Shown: piece after piece, positions 59,742 to 64,000 of the stretch
How the letters are laid out: the number at the start of each line of letters is the position of its first letter
How positions within the stretch are numbered: the stretch's first letter is position 1
Virus record (IMG/VR): IMGVR_UViG_3300046314_000711
DNA from: a virus
Direction: 5' to 3' (one strand)
Length of the DNA: 64,000 bases
The notes under the pieces: generated by a model
Seen by the model: only the letters and a program-made list of their open reading frames with translations
Database searches by the model: none
Told to the model about the DNA's origin: nothing
Made by a program: the position numbers and the translations under genes

Positions 59742-60350
59742 ATGTTAAATGTACAGAAATTTATTGCTACTAATGGTCTCGACTCTTTGTCGGAACAGTT
59801 TAGCATTGATATTAAGAAATACGAAAATGGGTATGTAAAGCTTAATTACAGCCAAATTGATTCTCCAAAGTATCACCCAATTTGTGATGAGTGTAGAGGA
59901 TTAGTACTGCAGATATTACCTGACAACTCGTCTGTTGTTATATCTCGTTCGTTCAATAGATTTTATAATTTTGGCGAGGGGGATACCAAATTGTTTGATT
60001 TTTCAGATTGTTCAGTATATGAAAAAGCCGATGGATCACTAGTAATGGTGTCTTGGTCACCTGTCGATAACAAATGGATCATCGGTACTCGTGGAATGCT
60101 CTATGCAGAAGGGAGTTTCGGATTTTCATTAACAGCAGCTGGTGGGACATTTTATGATTGGATCTTAAAAGCAATGCAACTAAATGAGTCTCAATTCCAG
60201 TCATGTATGAGTGGGTTTTCTCAAGACTACACATACGTGATGGAGTTTTGTGGAATGGCAAACAGAATTGTTACACCATATTCTGATAATTTTATGGTAT
60301 TATTGGCTGTGGTGCACAATCAGACTGGAGCGGAACTTTTGTTAAATTAA
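59742..60350 (+). CDS. T4 Rnl1-like RNA ligase, N-terminal part
   Basis: ECRGL, RFYN.GE, motif I EKADGS, TRG, YVMEF...NRIV. Confidence 0.85.
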   Translation: MLNVQKFIATNGLDSLSEQFSIDIKKYENGYVKLNYSQIDSPKYHPICDECRGLVLQILPDNSSVVISRSFNRFYNFGEGDTKLFDFSDCSVYEKADGSLVMVSWSPVDNKWIIGTRGMLYAEGSFGFSLTAAGGTFYDWILKAMQLNESQFQSCMSGFSQDYTYVMEFCGMANRIVTPYSDNFMVLLAVVHNQTGAELLLN

Positions 60351-61200
60351 GTTTGCAATTATCGAAGTGCCATCGTTTCATTACACTGTCGCCACCAAGT
60401 TTTTCACAAAACGGACATTTAACTAATGGCCGTTTTGTTCCTCGAACTAATGCTGCTCTTGCTTCTACGATTGCTGCCGATATTTTTTTACCATATGAGT
60501 GATGTTTTTCTCCTCTCTTTCCGTAGTTACCGTTTTTCTCTCCAGTATTTCGCCCACTATCTAACCAGCGTTGCTTTACTTCATCTGAAGTATGCTTCCC
60601 GTAATTTGGATTATTCTCTCCAGAGAATCTTTCACTCATTCGTTGCTTGTGCTCTTCTGTATGATGCTTCCCGAACATAGGATGTTCAGCTCCACACTTC
60701 CCAAAAGGACTACGGGTTCCATTAGCAAACTGTTCTTTCATTTTAATCGACTTTAATTCTCGTTGCTCTGGTGTTAATTGTTTGACACCATGCTTTGCGA
60801 CATGTTCTTTTCTATTTTTAGACCGCAGTGCTCGTAGCTCTTCCGTCGTGGTGTATACGCGGTTTGGGAACTTTTTTCCAAAAACTCCATTCCCAACGCC
60901 TGGAGTAGATCCACCATCTATCCCATTTTCTAATATTTGGTTTGCCCACAGAGTGGATTCAACAATGTCTTCTTGTATAGAGAAATTCATGGCAAACTCT
61001 GTCAATGATTTTTCGTCTAAAAATAAACAATACCACAGCGTTGCAACAAACTTCTTTCCGTGCTTTGCGATGTGTCGTTTCCAATGAACTCCCGACCCAA
61101 CATATTTCTCTGGATCTTTTATTGTTTTACCGAAGTACAGTTTTCCAGTTTTTGTGTGCTGCTTGATGTATAAAAAAGTCGGTACGAATGTTGTTGACAC
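60292..61200 (-). CDS. GIY-YIG-type homing endonuclease with NUMOD3 repeats
   Basis: FLYIK...LYFGKT, YVGSG, repeated NP.YGKH.SEE-like motifs; TATAAATA at 61235-61242 (minus). Confidence 0.85.
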   Translation of the reverse strand: MSTTFVPTFLYIKQHTKTGKLYFGKTIKDPEKYVGSGVHWKRHIAKHGKKFVATLWYCLFLDEKSLTEFAMNFSIQEDIVESTLWANQILENGIDGGSTPGVGNGVFGKKFPNRVYTTTEELRALRSKNRKEHVAKHGVKQLTPEQRELKSIKMKEQFANGTRSPFGKCGAEHPMFGKHHTEEHKQRMSERFSGENNPNYGKHTSDEVKQRWLDSGRNTGEKNGNYGKRGEKHHSYGKKISAAIVEARAALVRGTKRPLVKCPFCEKLGGDSVMKRWHFDNCKLNLTKVPLQSDCAPQPIIP

Positions 61201-61247
61201 TTATTGCTGTCCTTATAATTGCATTGTTATGGACTATTTATACTAAA

Positions 61248-61781
61248 ATGAAAACCTTACCTCAAATCTGCGCTCAATTGCAGCAACAGGGAATGAATAT
61301 TCGATTGCCGTTTACGTATGCTGCTACAGATGGTGCGGCGTTGGTAAAGTTAGCCAATGATCTACCAAGACTACAAGAGGGGTTCGTTGTATACGATAAC
61401 AAATCTGGCCGTCGGTTAAAAATCAAGAGTTCGGTGTATGTTGCTGTCCACCACCTGCGAGGAAATGGAATTCCATCACAAGGTAAGTTGATGGAATTAG
61501 TACTTAAAAACGAACAAGCCGAGCTGCTAACATACTTCGCAGAATTTTCTGAATATGTGGCACCTATCGAGCAAGCACTTGAAATATTACTCACTGAAGC
61601 TGACCAACTGGTCGAGGCTACTCACGATCTACCGACTCAAAAAGACTTTGCGCTAGCAGTAAAGGATACTCCTCTTGCTCCACTGCTGTTTAAGACTCGG
61701 GCACTGCATAGTGGAGCTCGTCATACTTTCAGCCAATTAGACATCAACCTACAATGTAAGATATTGGGGAAATTCCTATGA
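61248..61781 (+). CDS. T4 Rnl1-like RNA ligase, C-terminal part
   Basis: Motif IV EGFVV, motif V RLKIKS..Y...H, QKDFA. Confidence 0.8.
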   Translation: MKTLPQICAQLQQQGMNIRLPFTYAATDGAALVKLANDLPRLQEGFVVYDNKSGRRLKIKSSVYVAVHHLRGNGIPSQGKLMELVLKNEQAELLTYFAEFSEYVAPIEQALEILLTEADQLVEATHDLPTQKDFALAVKDTPLAPLLFKTRALHSGARHTFSQLDINLQCKILGKFL

Positions 61782-62113
61782 CATCTGAAATCACGTTGAT
61801 AGAACCGACATCACTAGAGGGGAATCCAAGCGATCTTCGTGATACACTTGACATGGTAACCGAAGAATGTGCAGAAGTCATTCAAGCGATATCCAAAGTC
61901 AAGCGATTTGGACTCGATGATGGTTGGGGAAGTACGCAATCAAGTCGTCAACAACTGGAGACTGAGGTTGGTGATTTGTTGTGTCTGATCAGCATTCTTG
62001 TTGATAACAAAGTGTTAGACCGTGATGCTATCGAAGTCGCACGATTTAAAAAATCCCTCAAGATACAGTGGTGGGCCCCCAATGTTGCAAATTATTTCAA
62101 AGGTAAAATGTAA
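61778..62113 (+). CDS. MazG-like NTP pyrophosphohydrolase
   Basis: EECAEVIQAISK..RFG...ETEVGD. Confidence 0.8.
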   Translation: MTSEITLIEPTSLEGNPSDLRDTLDMVTEECAEVIQAISKVKRFGLDDGWGSTQSSRQQLETEVGDLLCLISILVDNKVLDRDAIEVARFKKSLKIQWWAPNVANYFKGKM

Positions 62114-62357
62114 TGTATCGATTTGCAGGATATTTGATCAAGAACCCAACCGGTGATGTGGTGCAGTATGCGCCCAATCGTGCTGTAGCAGAACAGTTTG
62201 CACAGCAGCACGGAATGTCAGTTGAGTCGATCGCTAAAGCATACGAATGGCGCGTTGGGTGGGCTGAGTCTGCACCACAATCAGATTCAGCACCCGAACC
62301 ACAGATTGATTTGCCACCTTCACAATAAAAATTGATACTAGCTATTTTGGATCACTT

Positions 62358-62960
62358 ATGAGCTACGACTTAAATACGTTTTCAAATACTCCAGCTGGTC
62401 AGTATTTGACACGAATCATCAACGAACGCAACCCAGGTGCAATGAAGAGTTGCAGTAATCGTATTCGTACGTTTAACACGAACGTCAATGAAATTGAGCA
62501 CGCTGTTGCAGATGGACACATGTCGGCGCACGTCGCTGCAAATTTATTGCGACTATTGCGAATTGACGCAACTTTGATTGAACTAGGTACTGATGTTGTG
62601 GAGGGTAAGTTCATCTCTCAACTGCTACGTAATGTGATTATTGGTCACATTAAGCGTGCAATCCGTCGTGTCACTACAATGCGGAAAATTGAAAGTGGTA
62701 ATGTAAATCTACCAAAAGTACGCACGAAAGGTGCTCGTACTGCGCCAACAGGTGAGTGGGATAATTTGTACAGTGTGTATAACATTCTTGGTCACACCGC
62801 TGGTGTTGAATTTGCTGATGGTAGATATTACCGTCAGTTCCCAATGTATGAAGATTTGGAAGATGGTACTACACCAGAACTGTTAATGGAACGCAGCAAT
62901 CGTCGCTGCTTGAGGCAAGGAAAGCAACACATGATGGAAAAGGAATCAAAAAATGGATAA
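62358..62960 (+). CDS. Hypothetical protein
   Basis: 200-aa ORF within the operon. Confidence 0.65.
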   Translation: MSYDLNTFSNTPAGQYLTRIINERNPGAMKSCSNRIRTFNTNVNEIEHAVADGHMSAHVAANLLRLLRIDATLIELGTDVVEGKFISQLLRNVIIGHIKRAIRRVTTMRKIESGNVNLPKVRTKGARTAPTGEWDNLYSVYNILGHTAGVEFADGRYYRQFPMYEDLEDGTTPELLMERSNRRCLRQGKQHMMEKESKNG

Positions 62961-63251
62961 CATCTTGACCCCAAGTCATGAGAATCTGTATGCTGTCGAA
63001 GAAATCGTAGTCTTTCGTAATGTGACACTCGTTCGGGCGGATAGTGCTGAACAAGCTGCGCAGCGAGCTCAGGATGAGTGTCCGATAAATTACTTCCAAC
63101 GGCATGTTGGCACCAATGTGTCTAATGTGTATAGTGTGAAAGAAGATGCAGATATCGTCAAGATTATGCAATCTACCGAACAACCAGGCATGACGCTGGA
63201 ACAATTTACCGATAGCCGTGATAAATGGCTGACCTCAACTATTCTCGAACC

Positions 63252-64000
63252 ATGAAATTCATTCGTATTAGCAGCGATACTCACTTAGAAGGCTTTTATG
63301 GCACGCCAGCTGCTAAACTCGTTGACAACTTCATTCCTGTTGATGAGCGGGATAGCGAGAGCGTGCTTGTATTGGCAGGTGATATTTCTAGCAGACCAAA
63401 CCAAGCAGCACAGTTTATCAAACAACTGGAAGACCGCTTCATTAAGGTAATCTACGTGTTCGGAAACCACGAGATGTATCACCACGTATACAATGATCTA
63501 CCAGATCAAATGTTTGAACAGTTTCGTAAGTATGGAGTACAGAATACGCTGTGTCCTGGGAATGATGTCAAGTCATTCGTCATAGATGGTGTAAAGTTTA
63601 TCGCAGGTACACTCTGGGGCGAATGCAGCCACAGACCTGACTACAATCAAGATATTCAGCGTGGTATTGCAGACTTTGAATACATTCGTGTTCGTGAGCA
63701 CGGTCGGGATGATTATCGTATGACACCAGCGTACATGCGTAGGATTTCTGGCGAGCATCGTCAGTTGATTCGAAACGAACTTGCTCGTGCCAACGAAGAT
63801 AAGGTGATCGTTGTGACACACCACTTGCCAACATATGATGCTGTGTCCATGCGTTTTCGCACGAGTACTGTAAATGGTGCGTTTGTTAATAACTGTGATG
63901 ACATTGTTGAACCCAACTGCGCACCCAATATGTGGATTTTTGGTCACACACATGACCACCAAGAGTTTGTGAAGGACGGTATCCTATACGTCGCTAACCC
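63252..64000 (+). CDS. Calcineurin-like metallophosphoesterase (runs off the window end)
   Basis: SDTHLE, LAGDI, GNHE, THHLP, FGHTH read from ATG 63252. Confidence 0.85.
   Translation, partial: MKFIRISSDTHLEGFYGTPAAKLVDNFIPVDERDSESVLVLAGDISSRPNQAAQFIKQLEDRFIKVIYVFGNHEMYHHVYNDLPDQMFEQFRKYGVQNTLCPGNDVKSFVIDGVKFIAGTLWGECSHRPDYNQDIQRGIADFEYIRVREHGRDDYRMTPAYMRRISGEHRQLIRNELARANEDKVIVVTHHLPTYDAVSMRFRTSTVNGAFVNNCDDIVEPNCAPNMWIFGHTHDHQEFVKDGILYVAN

Noticed and set aside
60292-61247. Group I intron in the RNA ligase gene
   Set aside because: No non-coding space or P7-type core motifs; the endonuclease is antisense and overlaps the upstream coding part.
1-64000. Genome-wide TAG recoding (code 15)
   Set aside because: Long ORFs are uninterrupted in code 11 and TAG ends plausible full-length genes (7722, 16023, 27628, 29861). 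I noticed in-frame ambers only at three specific sites.

Overview
This window looks like 64 kb of a jumbo T4-like bacteriophage genome, probably with a proteobacterial host (inferred). The evidence is sigma70-type TTGAC-N16-18-TATAAT promoters, TAAATA late-promoter-like motifs, a gp45-like clamp, T4-like RNase H, tail fibres and an Rnl1-type ligase. It holds about 30 tRNA or tRNA-like genes (1-1.3 kb, 25-27 kb, 30-42 kb, 47.7 kb, 53.3 kb) in an unusually rich non-coding RNA region. It also carries translation and RNA-repair genes: SmpB, PTH2-like, YqeY, deaminase, DksA/TraR, HD hydrolases, DUF2828/vWA and a split Rnl1. Mobile elements are an intein, two free-standing homing endonucleases and an IS200/IS605 element. 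The best candidate for an undescribed system is the operon at 52012-53384. Its PTH2-like and HD-domain genes both begin ATG-TNG-TAG-ATT (an in-frame amber at codon 3), and it ends in an amber-suppressor tRNA(CUA). Other highlights are a 23S rRNA L11-binding-domain mimic, a tandem promoter-boxA-cargo RNA array, about 14 CATAT...ATATG-clamped RNA cassettes, tRNAs with anticodon-loop inserts, nested or permuted (Y-RNA-like) tRNAs, and CAGC-motif small RNAs in front of the Ro60-like DUF2828 gene. All calls were made by eye from motifs; no searches or folding programs were run.
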